DNA of 64,000 nt from Phaeosaccion multiseriatum. Taxonomy: Eukaryota > Protista > Ochrophyta, other classes. The notes under the pieces were generated by a model. The model searched no databases. It was not told where the DNA came from and saw nothing but the letters and a program-made list of their open reading frames with translations. Numbering within the stretch: the first letter of the stretch is position 1; each line of letters begins with the position of its first letter. Positions 10,301 through 63,880 of the stretch are shown here, piece after piece. The translations under genes were made by a program, and so were the position numbers. The stretch spans positions 682,001 through 746,000 of the forward strand of contig OZ218961.1 in assembly GCA_965112735.1 (NCBI GenBank). The letters run 5' to 3'.

Positions 10301-11809
10301 GATACACACACAAACGCACTCACACACACACGCACCTGCACGTGAACCCTGAAGGTCCTGGGCAGGCCCAAATGTTCCGCGGTGCGCACCACAGCGGCGA
10401 AGGCTCCGGCGGCGGTGGCGACGTTAGTGTCGATTGGAGAGCCGATGCCTGCGAGGACATAGGGAGACATGTCATCGAGAGCCACCATGTCCTGAGGGAG
10501 TTGGTGATACAGAGGGAGGGGGAGGGGGGGGGGGGGGGCAAGAGAGGGGAGGGGAGTGGAGGGTTGGAAATGGGAGAGGCGGGTTGGTGTAGGTAAGATT
10601 ACATGAAGAGAAGGGGTGGGATGGGGAAAGTGCGTGAGGAGGTATGCGCAGGAAGGTGTCGGTGGCTGCACTGAGAGAGAAAGAGAGAGAGATACACCCC
10701 CCAGAAGGAGCTGAGGAGGAGGAGGAGGAGTGGAGGGCATGGCTGCGCTGGCTGGAGGAGCGGCTACAGAGAAACGGTGGGGCTGCTGATGCGATGTGGT
10801 GAGAGAGGGACGAGATGGCGGTATATGGTGCTCTGGGGCCTTGGTGCAATACACGTAATACACAAAAGACATGTTCCTTCGATAGTCACGTGGCAGGCAG
10901 CCTCGACGCTGCCGCTGAAGCGCTCTCCCGTCTAACTCTATCCCTCCCTTCCTCCATCTACACCCCTGCCATACGCATCCATATATATATATATATCTTC
11001 CTCCCATCCCATTCCTTTCCCGCACCAACCTTGTGGGTGGTGTTCATGTCACACCCCGTATAAACGGAGCCCTTCATTGCTCCCAGCGAGTCGGCCACCT
11101 CCTTCATCAAGGTGTCTTTGCACAAATCAGGGATAGCTACGTCGCTATCAAACACGAGCTTGGCCCCTGTAAAGCCGGTGTTGTACATTCCGTGTTTGGC
11201 GGACATGGCCTCAGTCAGGGCCACGGCTTCGTCCTGGGCGGCATCGGGGGAGTCGTAGGTGCCGATGCGCAGGCCACCGTTACCAGGTAGCTCGGGAGTG
11301 GCACCGGAGTCAAAGCCCATGTACAGTGTGCCCTCGGAGAGTTTTTGCTCGCGTACGTGGGTGTGGTCGTTGATGCGGTTAATCGTGGCGGCGGCCCCTA
11401 CCGACCCTGCGCCCGCCACCTCCTTGCTGCTGTAGCTGCTGCTCTCGATCGTGCCGGCAGCCGTGCTGTGGTGCTTGAGGTGCTTGCTGGTGGCGGTGGT
11501 GGCTCGGTTGGTGCTGGGGATTTTGAAGGCCGTGGACGATTGCGATCGTCGACCCGGCACCTGTGCGGCCTTCCGCTGCTGTTGACGGACCTTCTGGTGC
11601 ATGCGCTGCTCCTCACAAGCGCGGGAGAGAGTGACCGTGGACAGAGTACTTCGGCATCTCCTGCTGCCGCGGCCGACGGACGCAGCACCGGAGATAGTGC
11701 AACCGCTGACACTTCGTGTGGCCACGGCGGGTAAGTTTCCTCCAGACGCCAAAGCTGCCGCCACGGCCCGCCTCGTGCCCCCCTTCGCACCTGACCCGAC
11801 TCGCATCAT
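3864..11809 (-). CDS. Trifunctional fusion: amino-acid dehydrogenase (Glu/Leu/Phe/Val DH family) + NikD/sarcosine-oxidase-like FAD oxidase + SABATH methyltransferase, ~1384 aa, 12 exons
   Basis: Exons (minus strand): 11809-11030, 10491-10336, 10116-9837, 9429-9293, 8841-7953, 7688-7568, 7231-7117, 6794-6480, 6173-6021, 5762-5535, 5169-5059, 4733-3864. All introns are GT-AG, the phases are compatible, and the total is 4155 nt with a single stop at 3864-3866. The start ATG at 11809 is the first in-frame Met and is inferred. Confidence 0.85.
5720..8405 (-). other. Domain 2: FAD-dependent amine oxidase, MSOX/PIPOX/NikD family
   Basis: Motifs DVVVIGAGMAGTAAAYQL (FAD-binding GxGxxG), GGSSYGTSRMFR, VLCPGAW, WFHF...LFYGFP, and FVLDTLP...AGNGRAFKFAPMLGKALADL...FDVSRM. 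Confidence 0.85.
9293..11340 (-). other. Domain 1: NAD(P)-dependent amino-acid dehydrogenase (LeuDH/PheDH-like)
   Basis: Motifs GNGGLRI...EAMSAKH...GFTGAKLV (cf. GG.R...MTYK...GGGK), YTGCDMNT (cf. TAEDVGT), Rossmann VQGTGNVG, IAGAANVP and GIIIVPDHVASAGAII. Confidence 0.85.
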
Positions 11810-12159
11810 CCTTGCCGAGCTAATGAACGGATCACTTTTCTTTGGCAGTGACGCCCACAAGTTTTTGGAGGTACCTTCCTTCCTCTCACTTCCCGTGTTC
11901 CCAGGCCGCACAGCCGCGAAAAAAAATCTGTCCAACTCGGGATTTTCCCAGCCAAACTTAGGCGCTCCTGGTCACGTAGTAGCGCAGGGAACCCTTCTAT
12001 CGAGTATCGTTGGCCGTGGATTTTTTTGCGTGCTGTGCTCGTCGTGAATTCAGCTAGCGTTTGTGTGTGATCGACGGAATCACGATACAACCGCAGGGGT
12101 CGTGATGCGTCCCTTACGTAAGGCCTGCAAAGACCCGCTCTTTGCAAAATAATGAAATA

Positions 12160-13420
12160 CTACAGCGGCGAGAGAAGGAGGGGAGAACGAGGAAGAGGAG
12201 AAGGGATGGAGACAAGAGGGCACGGCAAGAGAACGAGGGCAGACAAGAGGACACAACAGAGAACGAGGGAAGAGAAGATTACACAGCAGATAACAGACAG
12301 AAGAGGACAGCAGAGAACGAGGCCAGAGAGGAGCAGGACACGGCAGAGAACGAGCGAGGGCAGAGAAGAGGACACAACAGAGAAAGAGGGAAGAGGAGAT
12401 TACACAGCAGATAACGAGGGCAGATAGGAAAACACAGCAGAGAACGAGGGCAGAGAAGAGGGCGCAGCAGCTGAGAAAGAGGGCAGAGAAGAGGACACAG
12501 CAGAGAACGAGGGCAGAGAAAAATAATGAGGGAGAGAAGAGGACACAGCAGAGAACACAGCAGGGAACGAGGGAAGAGAGATCACACAGCAGATAACGAG
12601 GGCAGAGAAGAGGACACAGCAGAGACCGAGGACAGAGAAGAGGACACACCAGAGAACGAGGGCAGATACGAGGAACACACAGCAGAGAACGAGGGCGAGA
12701 AGAGGGCACAGCAGGGAACGAGGGAAGAGAGATCACACAGCAGATAACGAGGGCAGAGAAGAGGGCACAACAGAGAAAGAGGGAAGAGGAGATTACACAG
12801 CAGATAACGAGGGCAGATAGGAAAACACAGCAGAGAACGAGGGCAGAGAAGAGGGCGCAGCAGCTGAGAAAGAGGGCAGAGAAGAGGACACAGCAGATAA
12901 CAGAGAGAAGAAGAAAACAGAGAACGAGGCCAGAGAGGAGCAGGACACGGCAGAGAACGAGCGAGGGCAGAGAAGAGGACACAGTAGATAACGGGGGTTA
13001 GAAGAGGAGAGGAGAGAAGGAGGGGGAGAAAGGGGAGAAGAGGGAAAGGAGGGAAGGAGGGAAGAGAGATCACACAGCAGAGAAAAGGAGGGAGAGGAGA
13101 GGGCACAACATAGAAAGAAGGAAGAGGAGATTACAAATTATTACAAAGATTACACAGCAGATAACGAGGGCAGATAGGAAAACACAGCAGAACGAGGGCA
13201 GAGAAGAGGGCGCAGCAGCTGAGAAAGAGGGCAGAGAAGAGGACACAGCAGAGAACGAGGGCAGAGAAGAGGACACAGCAGAGACCGAGGACAAGAAGAG
13301 GACACAGCAGAGAACGAGGGCAGAGAAAAGGGCACAACAGATAACGAGGGCAGAGAAGAGGAGACAGCAGAGAACGAGGGCGAGAAGAGGACACAGACTG
13401 GAGTCGAGAAGACATAGCAG
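12160..13420. repeat. GA-rich complex minisatellite (~30-bp core GAGGGCAGAGAAGAGGACACAGCAGAGAAC) with higher-order duplicated blocks
   Basis: The core unit recurs dozens of times. The block containing GATTACACAGCAGATAACGAGGGCAGATAGGAAAACACAGCAG...GCGCAGCAGCTGAGAAAG recurs near 12400, 12790 and 13150. Confidence 0.85.
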
Positions 13421-13887
13421 AGAGGAAGAGAGGGAAAGGGAAATGAGAAGAGGATACGGTGCAGATTCACAGCGGAGGGAGTCTTGCGTGTATTGGAAAA
13501 GCCTTTAGTATCGAGCAAAGGCTTCTCCAGAAGGGAACATGAGTACGCATTCAAAGCGCGGTTCAGGTTCGGGATGTCATGCTCAACGGAATGAGCACGG
13601 GGTTCAGGAGAGCGGCATTTGTAAGTGTATGGGTCAGCACTTCGACATTGAGAATCGAGGAGATCTCTTTTGTGTGTTGAGGCAGGGACGGGTAGTAGCA
13701 GGGGTCGAGGCAAGGGTTGATAGGCACAGGGAAGGACTCAGCATCGGACATCACACCCACGTGTACTAAGGCAATCAATACACACCATTTACGCACATGA
13801 CACACATCTCTCTTTTATATCTGGGGGACGTGAGTGATTGAGTGGTAGACAGGTTGTGAGTGATTGAGTGGTAGGGTGAGGGTGAAG

Positions 13888-13921
<34 letters not shown>

Positions 13922-14488
13922 GAGGGTGAGGGTGGGCGAGGGTGAAAGGTAAGGGACACTAAATCAGACGTACGTAACACGGTGCGCAAGACAGTCGGTA
14001 AGCCAAAAAGATGCGTAAGGGCTCATATTTTAATTAATTAATTATACGTATGTACTTCTAGCACGGGCGGGGCGTGCAGATACACTACCAACAGGCTTAT
14101 ACCACCAACCCGCCAACTAGCTATACTGCTCGGTGCGTGTTTGCACTCACAGCAGCGCGACTCACGCCGCTAACAGATGGCAAGAACTTAGATAGGTATC
14201 CTACCCGTACCACCAACTGCTGCACCAAATTGGCAAGGGAGTTGAGGCTTCTCCAGGAGCATGGTGGTGAGAGAGGGCTTGACGAGAACGATGGAAGTAC
14301 GTCGTACCTCACAGTATTCATCACCAGGTGTATACCTTTACCACCACCACCACCAGCAGCAGCAGCAGCAGCAGCACCACCACCACTTCTCCACCTTATT
14401 TACTCGGTGTTGCTTTGTAGGGTGAGAACCACCCCCACCACCACCAGCACCATCCCCACCACCACCCCTTGTCTGTCCACTCCTGACG

Positions 14489-56775
<42,287 letters not shown>

Positions 56776-57318
56776 GGCGACCGACCACTCCTCCCCCCCC
56801 TTCTCCTATGCGCCGCCGCTGTCTCAGCTCAATAGTGCGTGCGCTACGGCTGTTTGCTCCTTGTGCCCCCCCTCTTCTTCCCCCAAGGAGCCTTCTGTCC
56901 TTCGTTCCGTCGCTCCCGCTCTCTTGGCGCCTGACTCTCGTCGGCTGGGGCGATCGCGCAACTCCTCTACCTCATGAAATGCCTCCCTTATTGTACGAAT
57001 CGGGTCTGTCTCCTTTATATCTCTCTTCCTGCTCCTCCTGATGTAACAGTCGTCCCAAGGGGGCCTTCTTGTCTAAAAGTAGCCGGTTTCAGTTTCCATT
57101 TTTGGCGCTTGATCGCTTGAGGCGAGGGGGCAAGATGCAAAGGCCCCAGGCAACGACGCTCCAGCAGCGTAAGGAGTGTGAAAGTTCCCCGGGAGCCAGT
57201 GGTTGGGTCTGGTGGTGCTTGCGTGGCCCTTCGCTGCTGTACGGAAGCTCGGAGGCTCGGCCTCAACCGTCCCCTCCTTCTCGTGCAATTTTCGTTCAAG
57301 AAACAAAAATCGAGAGGT
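56776..57318. promoter_or_regulatory. Probable bidirectional promoter / 5' UTR region between dynein and photolyase-TFIIS
   Basis: Head-to-head ATGs (56775 minus, 57319 plus) are separated by only 543 bp of microsatellite-free sequence. No specific elements were identified. Confidence 0.55.
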
Positions 57319-60300
57319 ATGTCCTCCCCCACGAAGAGGGCGAAGGTGTTGGACAGCAGCAGTGACGAGGACGAGGACGGTAAGGGAGGGGCGGAAGCCG
57401 CAGGAGCAACAGCTACCCTGGTGGCGAAGTCGGGGCTTGAGTCTTCCTCTTCGGAGGACGAGGACGAGGAGGAGAACGTAGAAGCAGCAAAGAGTAATGA
57501 TTCAGAGTCAGACTCGGAGGAGGAAGGGCGAGGCCGAGGTGGCGAGACCAAGAGGACTAAGATCGCGGGGAACAAAAAGGGAGGAGGAGGCGCCAAGAGT
57601 GACGACCTTTACGACTCCGACTCCGACAGCAGCGTTGAGGGTGACTCGTTGCCCTCTCCCAAATGGTTCGATGCTCGGAGAGTACGTTGCCTCACTGCCG
57701 CTCGGCGACCCCTCTCTACCGGTACGTATCGCATACCTATTCACCCAACACGATGTGTCTCAACAGTATCCTTCGTGCTTGGTCGCGGCAGACACCCTCC
57801 ACCCACCCGCGGCCCCCTTCCTTCACCACTCGCTTCTAGCCACCAGACCAGATCTGAGCATGTTTCCTTACCGCACTCCACTTATGTTGCGCGTCTCATT
57901 GGGCTTGCATTGGTTTGGCTCGATACAGCTGTACCCCTTCAACGTTACTGCCCTGTGCTTTTCAACATGAATGCCCCCCCCCCCCCCCCCCTTGTCAACG
58001 AATAGCATCCTTACCAACGCGAATGCCCTCGTTACCCCCTCATCAGGCAAGAGCGTCGTGTACTGGATGCACCGCGAGCAGCGCTGCAGCGAGAACTGGG
58101 CCATGCTCTACGCCAAGCACCTCGCGGACGAGGCGGGGGTGCCCCTCAGGGTGGCCTTTTGGTGAGTGAGTGTGAGTGCGTGAGGCAGGGCCGGGCAAAG
58201 AGGCGGGGAGGGAGGGGTTGCGTGGAGCTGGGGAGAGGGCGGGGCACGCTGGCCCTCAGTTTCAGTTCCAGCTTGCCCTCAGTGTTTCAGAGGTTTGCGC
58301 TCAAGCCGCACCGCACGCGTGCACTCGCCTGTCGGCGTCTCTCGTCGCTGGCCTGTCTTTTCTTGTCTTGTTGGTAGCAGAGGGTCCTCCCATCTGGAGC
58401 TGCTACTGCTGACTCCACTTGTGTGCTGCATGCATTCCTTCCCTACTCCCTCTCTCTCTCTCTGCCTACCCCCCCCCCCTCTCTCTCTATCCAATACCCA
58501 ACCCACCCTCCACCAGCCTGCAGAACAAGCCGGAGCTGGGCACCCTCCGCCGCTCCGGCTTCATGCTCAAAGGCCTGGCTGAGGTGGAGGCCTCTCTGAG
58601 AGAGCTCCACATCCCCTTCCACTTGCTCACAGATGGCGCAGATGGCAGTGGCCCCCCGTCCACTGCCATCCCCTTGCTGGCAGCGGAGCACTCTGCGGTG
58701 GCTGTGGTGTGCGATATGAGCCCCCTCCGACAGGCTGTAGAAGGGGCACAGGCGGTGGCCGAGGCGCTCAACGCGCAAGGCAGGGACGTGCCGCTCCACC
58801 AGGTACGTAACAGGACAGTACGGTGCAGTACACGCGTTGGGTGTACACCTACTGGCGATGACGATTGTGGTGGTATCGATACTGTATTGTGTGGTCGATA
58901 TCGAAGGATCGAGGACGATGAGCAAACTGGTCTTGCAAACTGGTCTTGCATGTGGTAGGGGAAGGGCGACTCAGGGCCACTGACACACACACAATCTGTG
59001 AGGTGACGCTCCACTCCCTGGTAAAGAGTGAAAGGGCTCAGGGCCATACACACGCTCTGTGAGGTGACGCTCCAATGTACAGGGGGGAAAAGGCACCGCC
59101 CTCATCGTGTCATTACTATTCGTTCCTTGACTTACGTTCCTTTGACTTATGTGCGTTTGGGGCGTTTCCTTCTTCTGTACACACGTGGCAGGTGGACGCA
59201 CACAATGTGGTGCCTGTGTGGCAGGCGTCCAACAAGCGAGAGGTGGGGGCGAGGACCCTTCGGAAGAAGATCATGAGCCAAGACGACTTCTTCACTCCTT
59301 TCCCCGCCCTCACGGCCAATGACAAGGTCACTAATCTCAAGGCATTGACCAGCAGCAGCAACGTTAAGGAGGAGGAGGGGGGCGGCCCACAGTCCTTGAA
59401 GGACCTGCTGGTGGAGAAGGGGGTGGACTGGGCGGCCACATTGAAGGGGATGGACATTGACAGGAGTGTGGGCGAGGTGGATTGGCTGACCCCAGGGACG
59501 GCCGCAGGCAAGGAGCAAGTGGGCAAGTTCATCAAGGACGGTCGCCTCAAGGCCTACGGCAACTCCAGAAACGACCCCAATGTGCCTGCGCAGTCCGATC
59601 TGTCGCCCTACCTTAACTTCGGCCAGCTCAGCGCTCAGTGGGCGGCGCTGACTGTAAAGGAATGTGGCAAGTATCCAGAGAGCGTCAAGGTGAGAGGGAG
59701 AGGGAAGAAGTAGCCCAGTGGGTCTCCACTCCACTCCACTCGATGTTGGAAGTGTGGTGTATGCCAACAAGGCGCCCATCCGCTTACACACACACACACA
59801 CACACGCACACACACACACACTACCCACTCACACGTACACACACACGCACACACATACACACACTACCCACTCACACGTACACACACACGCGCGCGCACA
59901 CACACACACGCACGCAGGATTTTGTGGAGGAGAGCGTGGTCCGTCGCGAGCTGGCGGACAACTTCTGCTTCTACTGCGCTGAGTACGACTCACTCGACGC
60001 GGCTGCGGGCTGGGCCAGAGAGACGCTCAGCAACTGCGAGGGCGACGAGAGGGAGCACCTGTACTCGCTGAAGCAGCTCGAGCAAGCAGAGACGCATGAG
60101 GACCTGTGGAACGCCGTGAGTGAGGGGAGGGGTATTGGGCAGGGATGGGATGGCAGTGGATGGGGAGGGGTGAGGGGTACTGTATGGACTCACGGGCATC
60201 AATTTTAGACTTTTACCTAAGGGGTCCCTAAGACTTACGTAAGGGTGAGAGGGGGTAAGGGGCGGGGCTGGTCACCACATCGGGCAGGGCATACCGTTTT

Positions 60301-62228
60301 CCCATCACTCAGCTCGGAAAGTGATAAGGTGTCTCCTTCTCATCCCCTTCCTCCTCCTCCTCCTCCTCCTCCTCCTCCTCCTCCTCCTCCTCCTCCTCCT
60401 CCTCCTCTTCCTCCTCTTCCTCCTCCTCCTCCTCCTCCTCCTCCTCCTCATCCTCCTCCTCCTCCTCCTCATCCTCCTCCTCCTCCTCCTCCTCCTCCCC
60501 CTCCCCCTCCCCCTTCTCCCTCTGCTGCTGCTCCTCCTCAGGGTCAACTGCAGCTGGTGCGGCATGGCAAGATGCACGGGTGGGTGCGGATGTACTGGGC
60601 TAAAAAGATCTTGGAATGGACGCCCTCACCCGCGGAGGCGCTCCGAATAGGGCTCCTGCTAAACGACAAGTATGTAGGTGGGGGGGGGGCTTGGGATGGA
60701 CAGGGTGAGGGCAGAGGGAGAGAGGGGAAGAGACAGAGACAGAGGCGGGGGCTGGAGAGAGAGAGAGGCCCGTGAACTTAGATACTTGCGCTTTGAACCC
60801 TTTTTTCTGTAACACTCTCTCTCTCTCTCTCTCTCTCGCTCCCTCTCTCTCTCTTCCCCTCTCTTTTGTCTGCGTTCGCTTGGAAAGGTACTCACTGGAC
60901 GGTCAGGACCCGAACGGCTTCACTGGGCTTGGGTGGTCCATAATGGGCATCCACGACATGGGGTGGACACCGCGACCCATCTTTGGCAAGATCCGTTACA
61001 TGAACTACAAGAGCACAAAGACCAAGTTCGACATTCACGCCTATGTCAACAAATTCCCAGGGGCGGCAGACAAGGCTACCGCAGCAGGGGGTACACCGGC
61101 CAGACCGAAGGGAGAGAGGAAGAGCAAGGGGAAGGGAGGGAAGAAGGAGGCAGGGAAAGGGGGCGGCAAGGGAGGGAGTAAGGGGAATACTGCAGAGGAG
61201 GTGTTGGGCCTGAGGAAGCAGCTGGACAAGGCGATTGATGCAAAGGTATGTATGTATGTATGAATGCGATTTGTGTCATCTTACGTATGTAGGTATGTCA
61301 TCTTATGTGTTTGTTTTCCTACGGTGTAGAGAGGAGGGAGAGGGAGTGAGGCAAGGAGGGGGAAGCATGGGAGAGAGGGTGGCGGGTAGAGGGAGGGTGT
61401 ATGTGTGTGCGTATGTGTGCGTCTTTGTGGACAAGGGGCTTTATTGACTCGCGCCTTCCCTCCCTCCCTCCCCATCTCCCTCCCTACCTCCCTTCCTCCC
61501 TCCCTTTCTCCCTATTTCCCTCCCTCCCTCCCTCTCTATCTCTCTCCTCAGGACATGGGCCGCGTGGGTGACATCGTGTCCGCCCTGGGGAATGTTGGCA
61601 TGACCTTCGACCTGCTTAAGGCAACAAAGATCGGCCTCAGTGTCAACAAGGTATGTGTTATGTAAGGAATACGGAAGGGTACGTAAGGTGTACATATTTG
61701 GGACTATCGTCAGCAAATGCATATTCTCCATAAGGAACGCAGTGCTCGTTATCCTCTTGCCTCAACAGTATCTTCTTCTTCTTCTTCTTCTTCTTCTCCC
61801 CGTCCTCATTCTCCACTCACCCTGCACCTTGTCAATCAATCTATCATGTCAGGTGAAGAAGCTGGCGACCGGGGAGGTGAAAGCTCTCGCCAAGGACCTC
61901 ATTAAGAAGTGGAAGGCCGTCGCTGAGAAGGCCGGGCAGCAAGCCAAAGTAGCCACTCCTGGGATGGCCAAGGGGGGTCCTGCTGGTGCTTCTTCTTCTT
62001 CCTCGTCGGGGGCGGGAGGAGGAGGTGGTGGTGGTGGCAACGGGGGGGGGGGGGGGAAGGAAGGGGGGGGTGATGACGACAATGCTGACATTGACGAGTC
62101 TGTTGTTGCTGGGCCGAGAATGCGGATCATTGCTAAGCTGACTGAGGTACGTGCTTCCGAGAAGAAGGAAGGGGGGGGGGGGGGTCAGGAGCGAGAGGTC
62201 TCTCTGTCTGTCTGTCTGTCTGTCTCTC

Positions 62229-62283
<55 letters not shown>

Positions 62284-62328
62284 GTCTGTCTGTCTGTCTG
62301 CCTGTCTGTCTCTCTGTCTGTCTCTCTC

Positions 62329-62375
<47 letters not shown>

Positions 62376-62406
62376 ACCTGTCTGTCTGTCTGTCTGTCTG
62401 TCTGCC

Positions 62407-62443
<37 letters not shown>

Positions 62444-62466
62444 GCCTGTCTGTCTCTCTGTCTGTC

Positions 62467-62497
<31 letters not shown>

Positions 62498-62510
62498 GTC
62501 TGTCTGTCTA

Positions 62511-62575
<65 letters not shown>

Positions 62576-62620
62576 GTCTGTCTGTCTGTCTGCCTGTCTG
62601 TCTCTCTGTCTGTCTCTCTC

Positions 62621-62679
<59 letters not shown>

Positions 62680-62762
62680 ACCTGTCTGTCTGTCTGTCTG
62701 TCTGTCTGCCTGTCTGTCTGTCTCTCTGTCTGTCTGTCTGCCTGTCTGTCTCTCTGTCTGTC

Positions 62763-62833
<71 letters not shown>

Positions 62834-62952
62834 GTCTGTCTGTCTGTCTGTCTGTCTGCCTGTCTGTCTGTCTGTCTGTCTGTCTGCCTGTCTGTCTCTC
62901 TGTCTGTCTCTGTCTGTCTGTCTGTCTCTCTCTCTGTCTGTCTGTCTGTCTA

Positions 62953-63013
<61 letters not shown>

Positions 63014-63058
63014 GTCTGTCTGTCTGTCTGCCTGTCTGTCTCTCTGTCTGTCTCTCTC

Positions 63059-63141
<83 letters not shown>

Positions 63142-63144
63142 GCC

Positions 63145-63177
<33 letters not shown>

Positions 63178-63200
63178 GCCTGTCTGTCTCTCTGTCTGTC

Positions 63201-63263
<63 letters not shown>

Positions 63264-63390
63264 GTCTGTCTATCTGTCTGTCTATCTGTCTGTCTGTCTG
63301 TCTGTCTGCCTGTCTGTTTGTCTACCTGTCTGTCTACCTGTCTGTCTCTCTGTCTGTCTGTCTGTCTCTCTGTCTGTCTGTCTGTCTGTG

Positions 63391-63429
<39 letters not shown>

Positions 63430-63506
63430 GTTTTCTCTCTGTCTGTCTGTCTCTCTCTCTGTCTGTCTGTCTGCCTGTCTGTCTGTCTGTCTCTCTCTCT
63501 GTCTGC

Positions 63507-63538
<32 letters not shown>

Positions 63539-63880
63539 GACTCTCTGTCTCTCTGTCTGTCTGTCTCTCTGTCTGTCTGTCTGGTAAAAATAATCTTTAT
63601 CCTCTGGTGGGTGGGGTGGGGGTGGCGCTTTTCGTATCATTTGTCTTGTGCAATTTTTATTCATATTCATGAAACTTACACAACACAACAGGCCCTGAAG
63701 GAGGGCGACAACTCGGAAACGGCCAGGCGTCTGTCCACTGCCATCGAGCTGCTGATGCACAAGACCTTCCAACAGGAGCCCCAGGGGGGTGGGGATAAGG
63801 CTTACAATGACAAGGCGCGCTCTCTGCTCTTTAACCTGAGGAAGAATGAGGTCCTCAGAAACCATGTGCTGGAGAGCAAG
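57319..63880 (+). CDS. Class II CPD photolyase fused to TFIIS N-terminal and central domains (continues beyond the window)
   Basis: Exons 57319-57721, 58047-58161, 58517-58802, 59192-59689, 59918-60115, 60542-60669, 60888-61245, 61552-61650, 61853-62146 and 63692-63880 are all GT-AG and phase-compatible. Photolyase II motifs: [40 protein letters not shown]....[76 protein letters not shown] motifs: [16 protein letters not shown]...[14 protein letters not shown] and [23 protein letters not shown]. Confidence 0.88.
62198..63582. repeat. (TCTG)n microsatellite, ~1.4 kb, intronic
   Basis: Fills the intron 62147-63691. Confidence 0.95.

Noticed and set aside
3864-11809. Interpretation as three separate genes
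   Set aside because: No stop codons between domains, and both domain junctions fall inside continuous exons.
3864-11809. DMSP or glycine-betaine synthesis as the function of the fusion
   Set aside because: The methyltransferase is SABATH-type rather than DSYB/GSDMT-like, and no MTOB reductase domain is present. The NikD-like oxidase fits the picolinate route better. Disfavoured, but not excluded without assays.
12080-13713. Hydrophobic Cys/Leu-rich ORFs (e.g. 300 aa at 12080-12982)
   Set aside because: Translations of the GA-rich minisatellite.
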